Notes: generated by a model not told the origin, from the letters alone. Positions 10,482 through 21,007 are shown, numbered from the stretch's first letter. The stretch: DNA of 46,775 nucleotides from Reinekea blandensis MED297 (GCF_000153185.1 NZ_CH724155.1:29678-76452); one strand, 5' to 3'. Program-made: numbers and translations.

Positions 10482-12227
10482 TCAGGCCGTTTCCGCGGTC
10501 CGGGCCGTCAGGTTCACCCGGGCCGCAGCGCGACCAACCGCGGAAAGCAACGCCTGCAGGTTGGCGGTGGTGGTGTCTTCGTGAATGTAGGCGGCCACCG
10601 ATTCTTCGCCGTCCACCGTGACACAGACACTGGCAATGGCATCTGAGTCGGTGCCTTGGCGCAGGGCGTGTTCATCGAACTGAGTGACCTTCATGGTCAC
10701 CCCATAATGCTGACTGAGCGCGTCAGCCAGGGCTTCCAAAGCGCCTTGCCCGCGGCCTTTCAGCTCCAACGGTTCCGCGGCTTCAATACGGAAGGTCGCG
10801 ACCGTTTGGGAATCCTGATTACTCAGGTCGTAGCCGCGCAGATCCCAACCGTCCGGCACCTCAATAAAGTTCTCATCAAAGAGCTTCTTGATTTGCGGTC
10901 CACGTAACTCGGCACCGGCATCTTCGGCCGCTTTCTGCACAATCTTGGACACATGACCGTGCATCCATTTCGGCAGTTCAATGCCATGATCCCGCTCCAG
11001 CACGTGCGCTACACCGCCTTTACCGGACTGTGAATTAATGCGCACGACCGCCTCATAGTCGCGACCCAGATCGGCCGGGTTAATCGGCAGGTAGGCCACT
11101 TCCCAATGCGGTAACTGTTTCTCGTTGTGATACTGCAACGACTTGCGGATGGCGTCCTGATGCGAGCCGGAAAAGGCGGTGTACACCAACTCACCGACCC
11201 ATGGGTGGCGAGGATGCACCGGCAAATCGGTCACATCGGTGCAGACATCAATCATTTCCTGCACATTGCTGAAATCCAGTTCAGGATCGATACCCTGCGA
11301 ATAAAGGTTCATGGCCAATGTGACCGTATCCATGTTGCCGGTACGTTCGCCGTTACCCAATAACGCCCCTTCCACACGGTCGGCGCCGGCCATTAAACCG
11401 AGCTCGGTTGCGGCCACACCGCAACCGCGATCGTTATGTGTATGTAATGACACGATGACGTGGTCACGCTGCGCCAGTCCACGGCACATATATTCAATCT
11501 GGTCGGCAAACACATTGGGTGTGCTCATTTCTACTGTGGCCGGCAAATTAATGATCACCGGTTTGGTGGCCTGTGGGTTCCAGGTTTCAATGACCTGGTT
11601 ACAAACATCGATGGCGTAGTCCACTTCGGTACCGGTAAAGCTCTCCGGCGAATACTGGAAGGTCCACTCGGTCTGTGGGTATTTGGCTGCATAGTCCTGC
11701 ACCCACTGAGCGCCCTGTACGGCAATGCGGGCGATCTCATCTTTGTTCATGCCAAACGTCTGTTCACGCTGGACCGTCGACGTGGAGTTGTAGACGTGGA
11801 CAATGGCTTTTTTTACACCGTCGAGCGCTTCGTAGGTTTTCTGAATCAGATGTTCGCGCGCCTGGGTGAGCACCTGAATCGTGACGTCATCCGGAATCAG
11901 ATCCTCTTCGATCAACTTGCGGGCAAACTCGAACTCCGGCTGCGCCGCCGACGGAAAACCAATTTCAATCTGTTTAAAACCCAACTTCACCAACAGCTGG
12001 AACATGCGAACTTTTTGTTCGACGGTCATGGGTTTGATCAACGCCTGGTTGCCGTCTCGAAGATCCACCGAACACCAGATCGGGGCTTTGGTCAGCTGCT
12101 TGTCGGGCCAGGTTCGGTCACGCAGGGCTAGAGGCGCATAGGACTTATATTTACGATGATCAAAAGACCCGGCTTCAGCCATTTGCTGTGCCACGGATTT
12201 GCTGTCGTTTGCCTGTGAAATACTCAT
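10482..12227 (-). CDS. leuA: 2-isopropylmalate synthase, long (Pseudomonas/Mycobacterium-type) form
   Basis: LALRDRTWPD N-terminus, TIM-barrel catalytic motifs (HTHNDRGCGVAATELGLMAGADRVEG, LGNGERTGN), and a C-terminal regulatory domain. Start chosen at MSISQ, preceded by GGGA. An alternative ATG lies 18 nt upstream at 12245. Confidence 0.9.
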   Translation of the reverse strand: MSISQANDSKSVAQQMAEAGSFDHRKYKSYAPLALRDRTWPDKQLTKAPIWCSVDLRDGNQALIKPMTVEQKVRMFQLLVKLGFKQIEIGFPSAAQPEFEFARKLIEEDLIPDDVTIQVLTQAREHLIQKTYEALDGVKKAIVHVYNSTSTVQREQTFGMNKDEIARIAVQGAQWVQDYAAKYPQTEWTFQYSPESFTGTEVDYAIDVCNQVIETWNPQATKPVIINLPATVEMSTPNVFADQIEYMCRGLAQRDHVIVSLHTHNDRGCGVAATELGLMAGADRVEGALLGNGERTGNMDTVTLAMNLYSQGIDPELDFSNVQEMIDVCTDVTDLPVHPRHPWVGELVYTAFSGSHQDAIRKSLQYHNEKQLPHWEVAYLPINPADLGRDYEAVVRINSQSGKGGVAHVLERDHGIELPKWMHGHVSKIVQKAAEDAGAELRGPQIKKLFDENFIEVPDGWDLRGYDLSNQDSQTVATFRIEAAEPLELKGRGQGALEALADALSQHYGVTMKVTQFDEHALRQGTDSDAIASVCVTVDGEESVAAYIHEDTTTANLQALLSAVGRAAARVNLTARTAETA

Positions 12228-12584
12228 GTTGATCCCTGCGTTCATCTGGTTCGGAAAGTTTAGCGGATACGACGGCGAAAGGTACGACCAGATGGGGGCT
12301 GGACGTACCTTTCTGAAATCGTTCTGTTTTACACCGAGGGTATCGGATTGTAGGCGCGGATTTCGCGTGGCTGAGTGGATAAGGCATCACCGCCGATAAG
12401 CTGTGTGTGCAAAACGCTCAGTGGGTAGGCTGAGCGTCAAACCCGTCTGTGCCTGACTGATGAAAATAATACGAAGATCCCCCCGCAATGTCCTTGCGTT
12501 TTTTGTCTATTTCTTTATTTTTACGCAATAGAACGTTAAAAAATATCATATTTAAGCAATAAATCATCTTAAAGGTTAATAATC

Positions 12585-13076
12585 ATGGCGGGCTCCCCTC
12601 AATTGGACCGGTTTGACCGACAGATTCTCGACTTGTTGCAGCTCGATGCCGGCCTGTCGAATCAGGAGATTGCCGAGCGGGTTGGGCTGTCGGCCTCCCC
12701 CTGTTCCCGGCGCATTCGCAGCCTGGAAGAGCGCGGATTTATTGATCAGCGCATCACGCTGGTTAACCGCAAAGCCGTCAACCTGAACCTTGTCGCGATT
12801 GTCGGCATTCGCATGGACAAACACACGCCCGATCGCTTTGCCCGCTTTGAGTCAGCGATTGCCGACATTGATGAAGTCATCGAATGCTTTCTGATCACCG
12901 GGCAGGATTCGGATTACCAGCTTAAAGTTGCCGTGCCGGACATGGATCACTACCACAATGTGCTGCTGAAGCAGATCACCACCATTGATGGTGTTGACGG
13001 GGTGCATTCCAGCTTTTTGCTCCGGGACATCATTAAAAGCAAACCCCTGCCATTGAAATACCTCGACCACCGGTAA
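12585..13076 (+). CDS. lrp: Lrp/AsnC family transcriptional regulator
   Basis: HTH_AsnC N-terminus (FDRQILDLLQLDAGLSNQEIAERVGLSASPCSRRIRSLEERGFI) and a RAM domain C-terminus. Divergent from leuA across an AT-rich 340-bp region. Confidence 0.85.
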   Translation: MAGSPQLDRFDRQILDLLQLDAGLSNQEIAERVGLSASPCSRRIRSLEERGFIDQRITLVNRKAVNLNLVAIVGIRMDKHTPDRFARFESAIADIDEVIECFLITGQDSDYQLKVAVPDMDHYHNVLLKQITTIDGVDGVHSSFLLRDIIKSKPLPLKYLDHR

Positions 13077-13178
13077 AGTCGATTAACCATGCTCATCGTC
13101 TGTACATTCTGATGACGTACACGAGAATCGAAAATTCAGTATACTCGGGCCGTTTTTTTAAGGATTCAGTGACCTCTA

Positions 13179-13697
13179 ATGATGCCTTCTTTGAAATCTC
13201 GCCTGATGTTGATGGTCCCCGTCATCGGACTGGGCATACTGATCGATCAACTCAGCAAGGTCTGGGCCGTTCGCTTTCTCATGGGCGGTCCGAGCTTCAG
13301 CTTTGTCGGCGATACCGTTCGCATTGGCTACGCCGAAAACCACGGCGCCTTTCTCGGCATGGGCAACAGCCTCAGCCCTGAACTGCGGTTTGTCATTTTT
13401 ACCGCACTGGTAGGCTTGTTTCTGCTGGGACTGCTGGTCTATATGCTGATCGGCAAAGAGATGGACCGGATCAGCCTGTGGGCACTGAGCCTGATTTTCG
13501 CCGGGGGATTCAGTAACTTTGTTGACCGTGCCTTAAACGACGGCGCGGTTGTCGACTTTCTCAACATGGGCATCGGCGGCTTGCGAACCGGCATATTTAA
13601 CATTGCGGATGTCTACATCATGATCGGCGCCGGGCTGGTCCTGATCGGTCAGTGGTTTGTGGAGCGCCATAAAAAGCAATCGAATGCCACAGATTGA
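13179..13697 (+). CDS. lspA: Lipoprotein signal peptidase (signal peptidase II)
   Basis: Four TM segments and conserved LspA motifs (NHGAFLGMG, FNIADVYIMIGAGLVLI; catalytic Asp context FVDR... and NIAD). Confidence 0.8.
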   Translation: MMPSLKSRLMLMVPVIGLGILIDQLSKVWAVRFLMGGPSFSFVGDTVRIGYAENHGAFLGMGNSLSPELRFVIFTALVGLFLLGLLVYMLIGKEMDRISLWALSLIFAGGFSNFVDRALNDGAVVDFLNMGIGGLRTGIFNIADVYIMIGAGLVLIGQWFVERHKKQSNATD

Positions 13698-14787
13698 GAC
13701 GTCCCTGAAAACGCTGGGGCTCAGCCTGGCGACACTGTTGCTCTGTGCCTGCGCACAACTGCCGCAACCGATCACACCGGACGCCGGGTATTCTGTCACA
13801 CCGGTGTTTTTTGCGACCACCCGCAATGACACCGCACGCGAAAATCTCAACAAGCGGTTCGGTTCCGAACGGGCGGACGTCAGCTATGGCGTGAATCAGG
13901 TCGCGATTCCTGCCGACTATCCTCGCGCCCATTCCGCATCGTTTATTCTCTGGAACATGACGTTGAAACGCGACCCGACCGACCAGGTCACGTTGCTCGA
14001 CAGCCAGCGACAAACCAAAAAAACATTCTTCGATGGGTTAACGACACTGCAAGACCAAAGCGATGAACCCATACTCGTGTTCATTCACGGGTTTAACACG
14101 CCTTTCGAACGTGCGGCCCGCATTACCGCCAAACTGGCCTACGACCTCAATCTAAGTGAACCACCGGTGTTGTTCGCCTGGCCATCACACGACCGTGCTT
14201 CTACCTACCCCGCAGACGAAGACAACCTCAGCTGGAGTCAGCCATACATCACTCAGTTTTATCTGGACCTAATGACGAATCTGCCGGAGCGCAACTTTGT
14301 GTTTATCGGCCACAGCATGGGGACCCGGGCCATGGCCGCCGGGCTAATGGACCTGCTGGAGGTACAACCCACGCTGCGCCATCGCATTGAAGGCGTTGCC
14401 TTTGCGGCACCGGACATCGATCGTGACATTTTCGCCCGCGATATTGCGCCAACCTTGGTTCGCTTTGAACTGCCGATTACGCTGTATGCCTCACGCAAAG
14501 ACCTGGCCATGTTCGCCTCCAACCGGCTGCATAAACAACCCCGAGCAGGCTACGCTGGCGAGGACATTCTGGTGATGCCCGGGATCGACACCATCGACGC
14601 CAGTTATGCCGAAGCCGAACTGATCGGCCATGAATATTTTTATCAGGGCAGCCACACCATTCTGGATCTGTATCAATGGCTCATTGAGGGCAAACCGCCC
14701 GAGGAACGCCGTCAGTTAGTCCCGGTTTATCACAGGGATGGACGTTACTGGCAGATTCAACCAGAAGACAAGCCAGAAGAGGGTTAA
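13684..14787 (+). CDS. Alpha/beta-hydrolase family protein (DUF900-like), secreted or lipoprotein
   Basis: N-terminal signal peptide ending LLLCACAQ. Motifs VFIHGFNTPFE and the nucleophile elbow FIGHSMGTRA. The start at 13684 (MPQIE) avoids overlap with lspA. The ORF track start at 13657 is also possible. Confidence 0.6.
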   Translation: MPQIETSLKTLGLSLATLLLCACAQLPQPITPDAGYSVTPVFFATTRNDTARENLNKRFGSERADVSYGVNQVAIPADYPRAHSASFILWNMTLKRDPTDQVTLLDSQRQTKKTFFDGLTTLQDQSDEPILVFIHGFNTPFERAARITAKLAYDLNLSEPPVLFAWPSHDRASTYPADEDNLSWSQPYITQFYLDLMTNLPERNFVFIGHSMGTRAMAAGLMDLLEVQPTLRHRIEGVAFAAPDIDRDIFARDIAPTLVRFELPITLYASRKDLAMFASNRLHKQPRAGYAGEDILVMPGIDTIDASYAEAELIGHEYFYQGSHTILDLYQWLIEGKPPEERRQLVPVYHRDGRYWQIQPEDKPEEG

Positions 14788-14843
14788 GCACCTGCAATTT
14801 GTGGTACGTTGAAGCTTCCGAACATCACCCTGATTCGAATGCC

Positions 14844-15227
14844 ATGACCGACACCACTCAAACCTTCTGCGGCCAATGCCATTGCGGCAATATTCAGTTC
14901 GAGGCTGATCACGAACCTGCCACGCTGACTGAATGTAATTGCTCACTTTGTCATCGCTATGGCGTGCGCTGGGCCTATTTTAAACATCGAAAGGTCCGGA
15001 TTACGGTACGTGACCGCCCGACGGAAACCTATTGTTGGGGGGATCGGATGATCCGTTTTCATCACTGCCCAACCTGCGGCTGTGTGACGCATTATACCGG
15101 CGTGACGGACACGCCTGACCCCGATGAACGCGTCGCGTTAAACGCTCGCTTGGCGGATCGCCACCTGACCGAAACCATCAGAATACGTCACTTCGATGGT
15201 GCCGATACCTGGACTTTTCTGGACTGA
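14844..15227 (+). CDS. GFA (glutathione-dependent formaldehyde-activating / CENP-V) family zinc protein
   Basis: Cys clusters CGQCHCG, ECNCSLCHRYG and HHCPTCGC typical of the GFA family. Confidence 0.7.
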   Translation: MTDTTQTFCGQCHCGNIQFEADHEPATLTECNCSLCHRYGVRWAYFKHRKVRITVRDRPTETYCWGDRMIRFHHCPTCGCVTHYTGVTDTPDPDERVALNARLADRHLTETIRIRHFDGADTWTFLD

Positions 15228-15243
15228 CCGGGAGCCAATTTTT

Positions 15244-15855
15244 ATGAGCACATTTATCTTAAACCATCACACGTTTCATCCTAGTAACATCATCTGCATC
15301 GGGCGTAACTATGTCGAACACATTCACGAACTCGGTAACGACGTTCCCGACGATATGGTCGTTTTCAACAAACCGGCGTCCTGTGTTCGTGACATTCTAC
15401 TCTCCGAACAAGGCGAACCCCTGCATTACGAATGCGAGCTGTGTCTGTTGATTCGCGGGGGCCGAATTGCCGGCGTGGGTCTTGGTCTTGATCTGACCAA
15501 ACGCGAACTGCAATCGCAATTAAAGACAAAAGGGTTACCCTGGGAACGTGCAAAGGCGTTCGACGGTGCCGCCACCTTCAGTCCCTTTATTGATACACCC
15601 GCTGATCTGAATCGGCTGCGCTTCACACTGCACATCGATGAGGTGTTGGTTCAGGAAGGTTCTCCGAGCCTGATGATGTACCCGCCTGAGGTTATTCTGG
15701 CAGAACTGTCTCGCTTCATGACACCGAATGACGACGATATTATTATGACCGGAACGCCCAAAGGGGTTGGTGTCGTCACCGCAGGATCTCGCTTCACAGC
15801 CAGGCTCTACGATGATGATCAGTGCCGGATCGAACACACCTGGGTCGCCCAGTAA
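15244..15855 (+). CDS. Fumarylacetoacetate hydrolase (FAH) family protein
   Basis: ICIGRNYVEHIHELG motif and overall similarity to YcgM-like FAH-fold proteins. The start at MSTF is preceded by GGGAG. Confidence 0.7.
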   Translation: MSTFILNHHTFHPSNIICIGRNYVEHIHELGNDVPDDMVVFNKPASCVRDILLSEQGEPLHYECELCLLIRGGRIAGVGLGLDLTKRELQSQLKTKGLPWERAKAFDGAATFSPFIDTPADLNRLRFTLHIDEVLVQEGSPSLMMYPPEVILAELSRFMTPNDDDIIMTGTPKGVGVVTAGSRFTARLYDDDQCRIEHTWVAQ

Positions 15856-15864
15856 GGAAACGCG

Positions 15865-16509
15865 ATGAACCTCACCTTAGTTATTGGAAATAAAAATTAC
15901 TCAACCTGGTCGCTTCGGCCCTGGTTGTTATTGAAGGCCTTCAACATCCACTTTGAAGAAGTATCGGTCTCCTTAAAAGACGACGGCCTGCGCGATCGCC
16001 TGCTGGAATTTTCGCCAACCGCTCGGGTGCCGGTGCTGAAAGAACGCGATTTGGTGGTGTGGGATTCCCTGGCCATCTGCGAGTACATCAGTGATGTGCA
16101 TCTTGAAGGCGCCGGCTGGCCCCATACGCCTATCGACCGGGCCCGCGCACGCGCCATCACCTGCGAAATGCACACCGGTTTTAATGCCCTGCGTGGCGCC
16201 ATGCCGATGAACATCCGCGCCAAGCGCCAGGTGAACATCACGCCAGAGGTCGCACAGGACATTGCCCGTATTGATGAGATCTGGTCCGCACACCACCACT
16301 CAGGCTGGCTGTTTGAAAGCTTCGGCATTACCGACTGCTTTTATGCCCCGGTCGCGTTCCGGTTCGAAACCTATGGCATCGAGTTAAGCGAAGCCGCCCG
16401 TCAGTATCAGCACCGGTTGCTGGCGCATCCGGCCCTGAAAAGCTGGGTCGATGACGCCTTAAAAGAAACGGAAATCGTAGACGCCGACGAAGCCGGCGAA
16501 CCACGATAA
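15865..16509 (+). CDS. Glutathione S-transferase family protein
   Basis: 214 aa, N-terminal thioredoxin-like GST domain (YSTWSLRPWLLLKAFNIHFEEVSVSL...ARVPVL...DSLAICEYI). Confidence 0.65.
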   Translation: MNLTLVIGNKNYSTWSLRPWLLLKAFNIHFEEVSVSLKDDGLRDRLLEFSPTARVPVLKERDLVVWDSLAICEYISDVHLEGAGWPHTPIDRARARAITCEMHTGFNALRGAMPMNIRAKRQVNITPEVAQDIARIDEIWSAHHHSGWLFESFGITDCFYAPVAFRFETYGIELSEAARQYQHRLLAHPALKSWVDDALKETEIVDADEAGEPR

Positions 16510-16516
16510 CGCCCGG

Positions 16517-18934
16517 TTACTTAGACGGAGCCTTAGCACCGGTCAGTGCCTTCAGCCAATGATGGTTAAGCGCATGAACCAACCGATGCACCGTTTTTTC
16601 ACTCACCGCTCCCAGACTCAACAGGGAGCGGTTGCGCAACGGCAAGTCGTCAATCATCGCTTCCATCATCAGACGGTTTTCTTCCGGCAGATCGCCCATG
16701 GTTCCGCCCAGTTCTTCCATCAGGGTTCGTTTTAACCGCCGCCCCAACCAGCGGTGCTGAACTTCACCGATGGTTGAATTGACGTGAAACGGCCGAGTTG
16801 GCACCGGCGCAGGCACCTTGTGACCCAGCAGTGCCGCAAAGGCCGACTCGCTGAACTGTTCTGGGTCCGGATTGTAGTAGGCCGTCAGAGTTTCATCGGG
16901 TTCACGTCGTTCGTGGTCGGTTACTACAGCGATGCTCTGCTGCAACCGGATATCCTCTACCGATGCCGCCACTGAGAGGGTGTAATCGTCCGTTTCGACT
17001 CGCCATTGTCCGGTCTGAACATCCCAGAAAGAAAAGTCCCGCGCGCTCAGAACAAAACGAATCACACAGGATTCACCGGCTTTTAAAAACACTTTTTCAA
17101 ACTGACGCAGTTCCTTTTTCGGACGCGGTACCGACGGATGCGCTTGCCCGACATAAAGCTGTACCGTTTCATGACCGTCTCGATCACCGCTGTTGATCAC
17201 TGTCATCGACACGGCGATGACACCGTCATTTCGCAGATCGTCACCTTCGATTTGCAGATCCTGATAATCAAAACGGCTGTAGGACAACCCATGACCAAAT
17301 GGGAACAGCGGTGGCACGCCTGCCGTGTCATGGTAGCGGTAACCGACCCAGATGCCCTCACGGTACTGACTCTGACGCAAGGTTCCCGGGAACCACCGAT
17401 CACTGGCAACATCCGCCTGCTCCGCCGGGAACGTTTCGGCCAGCTTCCCACTTGGATTGGCTTTGCCGAGTAACAGACGGGCAATGGCCTGGCCACCGGC
17501 CTGACCACCCAGGTAGGCCTCAAAAATGGCCGGGATTTTATCCACATGCGGAATCACGATCGGTGCCCCATTCTGCAAAACCAGCACCAGCTTATCGGCA
17601 TGAGGCAACAAGGCCTCAATCAGGTCGCGCTGTTGACGTGGCAGTTGCAGATGCTTCCGGTCAAAGCCTTCGGACTCATATTCAGGCGTTAATCCGGCAA
17701 ACAATACAATGGCATCCGCCCGTTCCGCTTCAGCCAACGCATTCAACTTGTGCTGATGAGTTAAGTCGCCTTTCAGCCGGTAGCCTTCCTGATACACCCA
17801 ATCAATGTCGGGAGCTTCCTGCTTCAGTGCATCCAATGGCTGAACCAGTCGATACGGATTGATTTGCGAACTGCCGGAACCTTGGTAACGCGTTTGGTTC
17901 GCCAACGCCCCCAAGACCAACACCCGACCGGAGTTTTTCAACGGCAGGCGGTTGTCGTCATTCTTCAGCAAAACAGCGCCCTGCTCGGCGGCTTCTATCG
18001 CCAACGTATGATGCTCTTCAAGGTTGGCTTGACGGGGATGCGCATCTTCGTTGGCCGTTCGCGCCCGGAGAATCAGCTTCAGCACTTCCCGTACGGAGCG
18101 GTCCAGATCGGCCAAAGTCAGCGACCCGTCATTAATGGCTGCGATAATCTTGTCGGTGTTGACCCGACCATTGTTTGGCATGTCCAGATGCTGCCCGGCG
18201 CGAATACCGTCAACACGATTGTTGTTGGCCCCCCAATCGGTGACCACCAGCCCATCAAAACCCCATTCCGTTCTCAGAATGTCGGTCAGCATTTGCGGAT
18301 GTTCCGCGAGGTAGGTGCCATTGAGTTTGTTGTAGGCACACATAATCGTCCACGGTTGCGCCTGCTTAACGGTGGTTTCAAACGCGGGTAAATAGATTTC
18401 CCGCAGCGTGCGTTCATCAACGATGGCATCGACCGTCATACGACCGAACTCGTGATTGTTGACCGCAAAGTGTTTCAGACTGGCCCCGACGCCCTGACTC
18501 TGAAGCCCCTGCACCCAGGCCGTGGCTATTTGCCCTGCTAAAAAAGGATCTTCGGAGAAGTACTCAAAGTTACGCCCGCCCAGAGGATGTCTTTTAATAT
18601 TCACTCCCGGACCGAGCAACACACTGACCGATTCGGCCCGCGTTTCTTCGCCCAGCGCCACCCCAACCCGTTGCAGCAGGTCGCGATTCCAGGTAGCCGC
18701 CAGCGCTGACGCTGTTGGAAAGCAGGTGGCCGGCACTGAGTTTTGCAACCCCATGTGATCGGCACCATCGGGCTGTTTGCGCATCCCATGCGGGCCATCG
18801 GTCACCATGATGGAGGGCAGATTCAAACGTTCGATACCCTGCAGGCGCCAAAAGTCTTTGCCTGAACACAGCAGCGCTTTTTCTTCGAGCGTGAGCTGGC
18901 TCAGTAACGTATCCAGTTCATTATCATCAATCAT
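16517..18934 (-). CDS. Glycoside hydrolase family 3 beta-glucosidase (BglX-like) with a C-terminal extension
   Basis: GH3 N-domain motifs (GFDGLVVTDW catalytic Asp context, KHFAVNNHE), a GH3 C-domain and a Fn3-like domain. There is about 100 aa of extra C-terminal sequence of unknown function. Confidence 0.85.
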   Translation of the reverse strand: MIDDNELDTLLSQLTLEEKALLCSGKDFWRLQGIERLNLPSIMVTDGPHGMRKQPDGADHMGLQNSVPATCFPTASALAATWNRDLLQRVGVALGEETRAESVSVLLGPGVNIKRHPLGGRNFEYFSEDPFLAGQIATAWVQGLQSQGVGASLKHFAVNNHEFGRMTVDAIVDERTLREIYLPAFETTVKQAQPWTIMCAYNKLNGTYLAEHPQMLTDILRTEWGFDGLVVTDWGANNNRVDGIRAGQHLDMPNNGRVNTDKIIAAINDGSLTLADLDRSVREVLKLILRARTANEDAHPRQANLEEHHTLAIEAAEQGAVLLKNDDNRLPLKNSGRVLVLGALANQTRYQGSGSSQINPYRLVQPLDALKQEAPDIDWVYQEGYRLKGDLTHQHKLNALAEAERADAIVLFAGLTPEYESEGFDRKHLQLPRQQRDLIEALLPHADKLVLVLQNGAPIVIPHVDKIPAIFEAYLGGQAGGQAIARLLLGKANPSGKLAETFPAEQADVASDRWFPGTLRQSQYREGIWVGYRYHDTAGVPPLFPFGHGLSYSRFDYQDLQIEGDDLRNDGVIAVSMTVINSGDRDGHETVQLYVGQAHPSVPRPKKELRQFEKVFLKAGESCVIRFVLSARDFSFWDVQTGQWRVETDDYTLSVAASVEDIRLQQSIAVVTDHERREPDETLTAYYNPDPEQFSESAFAALLGHKVPAPVPTRPFHVNSTIGEVQHRWLGRRLKRTLMEELGGTMGDLPEENRLMMEAMIDDLPLRNRSLLSLGAVSEKTVHRLVHALNHHWLKALTGAKAPSK

Positions 18935-18940
18935 AGTGGA

Positions 18941-19618
18941 TCAGGTCTCCGATTCAGTGTTCAGGGATGGCGATTGCGGCGCTAACCCATCGATCAGCAA
19001 CTTCAGCAATATCGGGTTCAGGCTCGCGGCTTCGTCGGGTTGCAGCTCAATCAATGCCGAGCTGCGTAATAGCATTCGATGGTGGAACGCCTGGATGGCG
19101 TTCGACAGGGTCGTACCCAGCTGTCGGGCATCCAAATCTGAGCGGATCTGCCCGACCTTCTGGCCACGTTGAATCAGGACCGTTAAACGATCGAAGAAGC
19201 CGTCATCGGTTGAACGACTCAAGCGTTCGCGGAAGTCATCGGGAATGCGATTGCCGGCAAAATAGGCGTCAAACTCAGCAATGAAGCGATCGTCCAGCTC
19301 TCCGGCCGAGTCCAGGTGCAGAGATTCAAGGAGTTCACCAATGGCATCGCGGTAGCTCAGATCAGGCTGTTCAAGTAATCGATCCAGCTGCTCACTGACA
19401 CTGGAGAATCGCTCGGCGAGGGCTTTTTCAAGAATCGCAAAGCCCAGGTCAAACTTATCCCGATAATAGCGGTACAGCGTATTGCGGCTCATACCAACGG
19501 CCGCAGCGATGTCTTTCATCTGCGTATCGAAAAAGCCCAGTTCGCCAAAACAGCGCTCCGCTTCGGTAAGAATTTTCTGACGGGTAGGCTCCGTCTGATA
19601 AATCATACGTTGAGACAT
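18941..19618 (-). CDS. TetR/AcrR family transcriptional regulator
   Basis: N-terminal HTH (ILTEAERCFGELGFFDTQMKDIAAAVGMSRNTLYRYYRDKFDL). Immediately upstream of the GH3 gene on the same strand. Confidence 0.8.
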   Translation of the reverse strand: MSQRMIYQTEPTRQKILTEAERCFGELGFFDTQMKDIAAAVGMSRNTLYRYYRDKFDLGFAILEKALAERFSSVSEQLDRLLEQPDLSYRDAIGELLESLHLDSAGELDDRFIAEFDAYFAGNRIPDDFRERLSRSTDDGFFDRLTVLIQRGQKVGQIRSDLDARQLGTTLSNAIQAFHHRMLLRSSALIELQPDEAASLNPILLKLLIDGLAPQSPSLNTESET

Positions 19619-19769
19619 GCGTTATGTGACACGTGTAATATTTGTCAGAAATGTAGTTGAATGCCTGGCAAAACGCAATCACAGAAACGATATCCTCTAT
19701 CCTTCACGGGCCTCACCAACAGCGAATCCCCCCATTTATCGGGGCTCTCCGGATTGGTAAGCCCTGACT

Positions 19770-20042
19770 TCAATCGCAAAGCCCCTGAAGAAACCGCGCC
19801 ATGTCTTCCAGCTGGTCAATTTCCCGGCGAGCTAGATCCAGCACATCGAGGTACTCCGCGAGATCCGTGAGCGTCGCTTCCCCGCCGCCTTGATTCGATT
19901 CCCGGACGGACTCGAGAATGGGCTCCAGCAGTTCAATTAGTTGTGGGACCGGCGACATGAACGGGCTGGCGTTATAAAGAGGACGGGAGGCGAGCTGCTC
20001 ACGGCGCTGTCGGGCTTTTGACAAGGAAACAATGGTGGTCAT
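19770..20042 (-). CDS. Hypothetical small acidic protein
   Basis: 90-aa ORF starting MTTIVSL, preceded by GGAGAAAG. The longer ORF-track version (to 20243) lacks an RBS. Confidence 0.35.
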   Translation of the reverse strand: MTTIVSLSKARQRREQLASRPLYNASPFMSPVPQLIELLEPILESVRESNQGGGEATLTDLAEYLDVLDLARREIDQLEDMARFLQGLCD

Positions 20043-20153
20043 ACGGCTTTCTCCGCCTGCCTTTTTGCACACTATGACAAAGCAAGATGAACCGGAACTT
20101 AAGCCGACCTGCGTCACTGTACAGCACGTTTGGGTTGCGCTACTGTCTGCTGC

Positions 20154-20480
20154 ATGAGTGATGACCCCAATGTAATTCAGCTGAAAGACATCAAAGCCCG
20201 AGCCGCCGGCGTCAGCCCCGAGCTTGCGGATGTCATTCGCCAAATCAACGAACGCTTTCGTATTAACATCGAACTCACCGACCCACGCCTGTCACGCTTT
20301 AAAAAACTGTTCCCCGCGTTAAGTGAAGCCGCAGCGCAGGATCATGCGGTTGAAATCAGCCCTGCTCGTGAACACGTAAAACGCGCATTCCGACAAGGCG
20401 TTGATGCCGGACGCGCACAGATGATGATGGATGTTATTGTCTGCGTTCTGGAACAGGACGGGTTACTGCAGCGCAAATGA
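20154..20480 (+). CDS. Hypothetical protein
   Basis: 108-aa ORF from the ATG at 20154. The upstream TTG version of the ORF track is less likely. No recognised domain. Confidence 0.3.
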   Translation: MSDDPNVIQLKDIKARAAGVSPELADVIRQINERFRINIELTDPRLSRFKKLFPALSEAAAQDHAVEISPAREHVKRAFRQGVDAGRAQMMMDVIVCVLEQDGLLQRK

Positions 20481-20608
20481 TTTTGCGATTGGCGCCTCAA
20501 GTTTGACATCTCACGCTGGCCATTATCGGCCGAAACACGGTGATTCCGCTGATTCACAATCAGTCTGGGTTACCGATTTAAAGACGGTCACAGTCAATAA
20601 AGGATGCA

Positions 20609-21007
20609 TCACTTGCCGAGGTAAGGCGTGACCATCGACATAACCAACACCAGGATACAGCTCAAGCCAGCGCCACCGTAGTAGGCCCGGCCGATTGTTC
20701 TCCTGAACAGAAAAAAAATGGTAGCAACCACACTTGATATCACCAACGTCGATATCGATTCAAGAAAGACATTACCGATGCCTTTTTGCGACCCGCGATA
20801 CATCCAATACAGCCAGAGTACACACCAGGGGGTTAGCCAGCTTATTGCACTGATTCGCTTGAATTTCAGGCTGGTCGAGGTCGCCATCGGAAGCAATACT
20901 GGTAACAACAACAAGGTCAAACCCCAGAGCCAACTCAAGGCATAGAGCACATCACCATGATCAGCGAACACGAGCACTGGTGCACTCAACCAATGAACCA
21001 GTTCCAT
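20609..21007 (-). CDS. Hypothetical integral membrane protein (3-4 TM)
   Basis: Hydrophobic segments (WLWGLTLLLLPVLLPMA, WLTPWCVLWLYWMY, ISTLVISSVVATIFFLF, GLSCILVLVMSMV). Last gene on the strand downstream of the giant ATPase. Confidence 0.5.
   Translation of the reverse strand: MELVHWLSAPVLVFADHGDVLYALSWLWGLTLLLLPVLLPMATSTSLKFKRISAISWLTPWCVLWLYWMYRGSQKGIGNVFLESISTLVISSVVATIFFLFRRTIGRAYYGGAGLSCILVLVMSMVTPYLGK

Noticed and set aside
12175-12390. 71-aa ORF upstream of leuA considered as a leucine leader peptide
   Set aside because: It has no run of Leu codons and no start context, and it overlaps the leuA 5' end.
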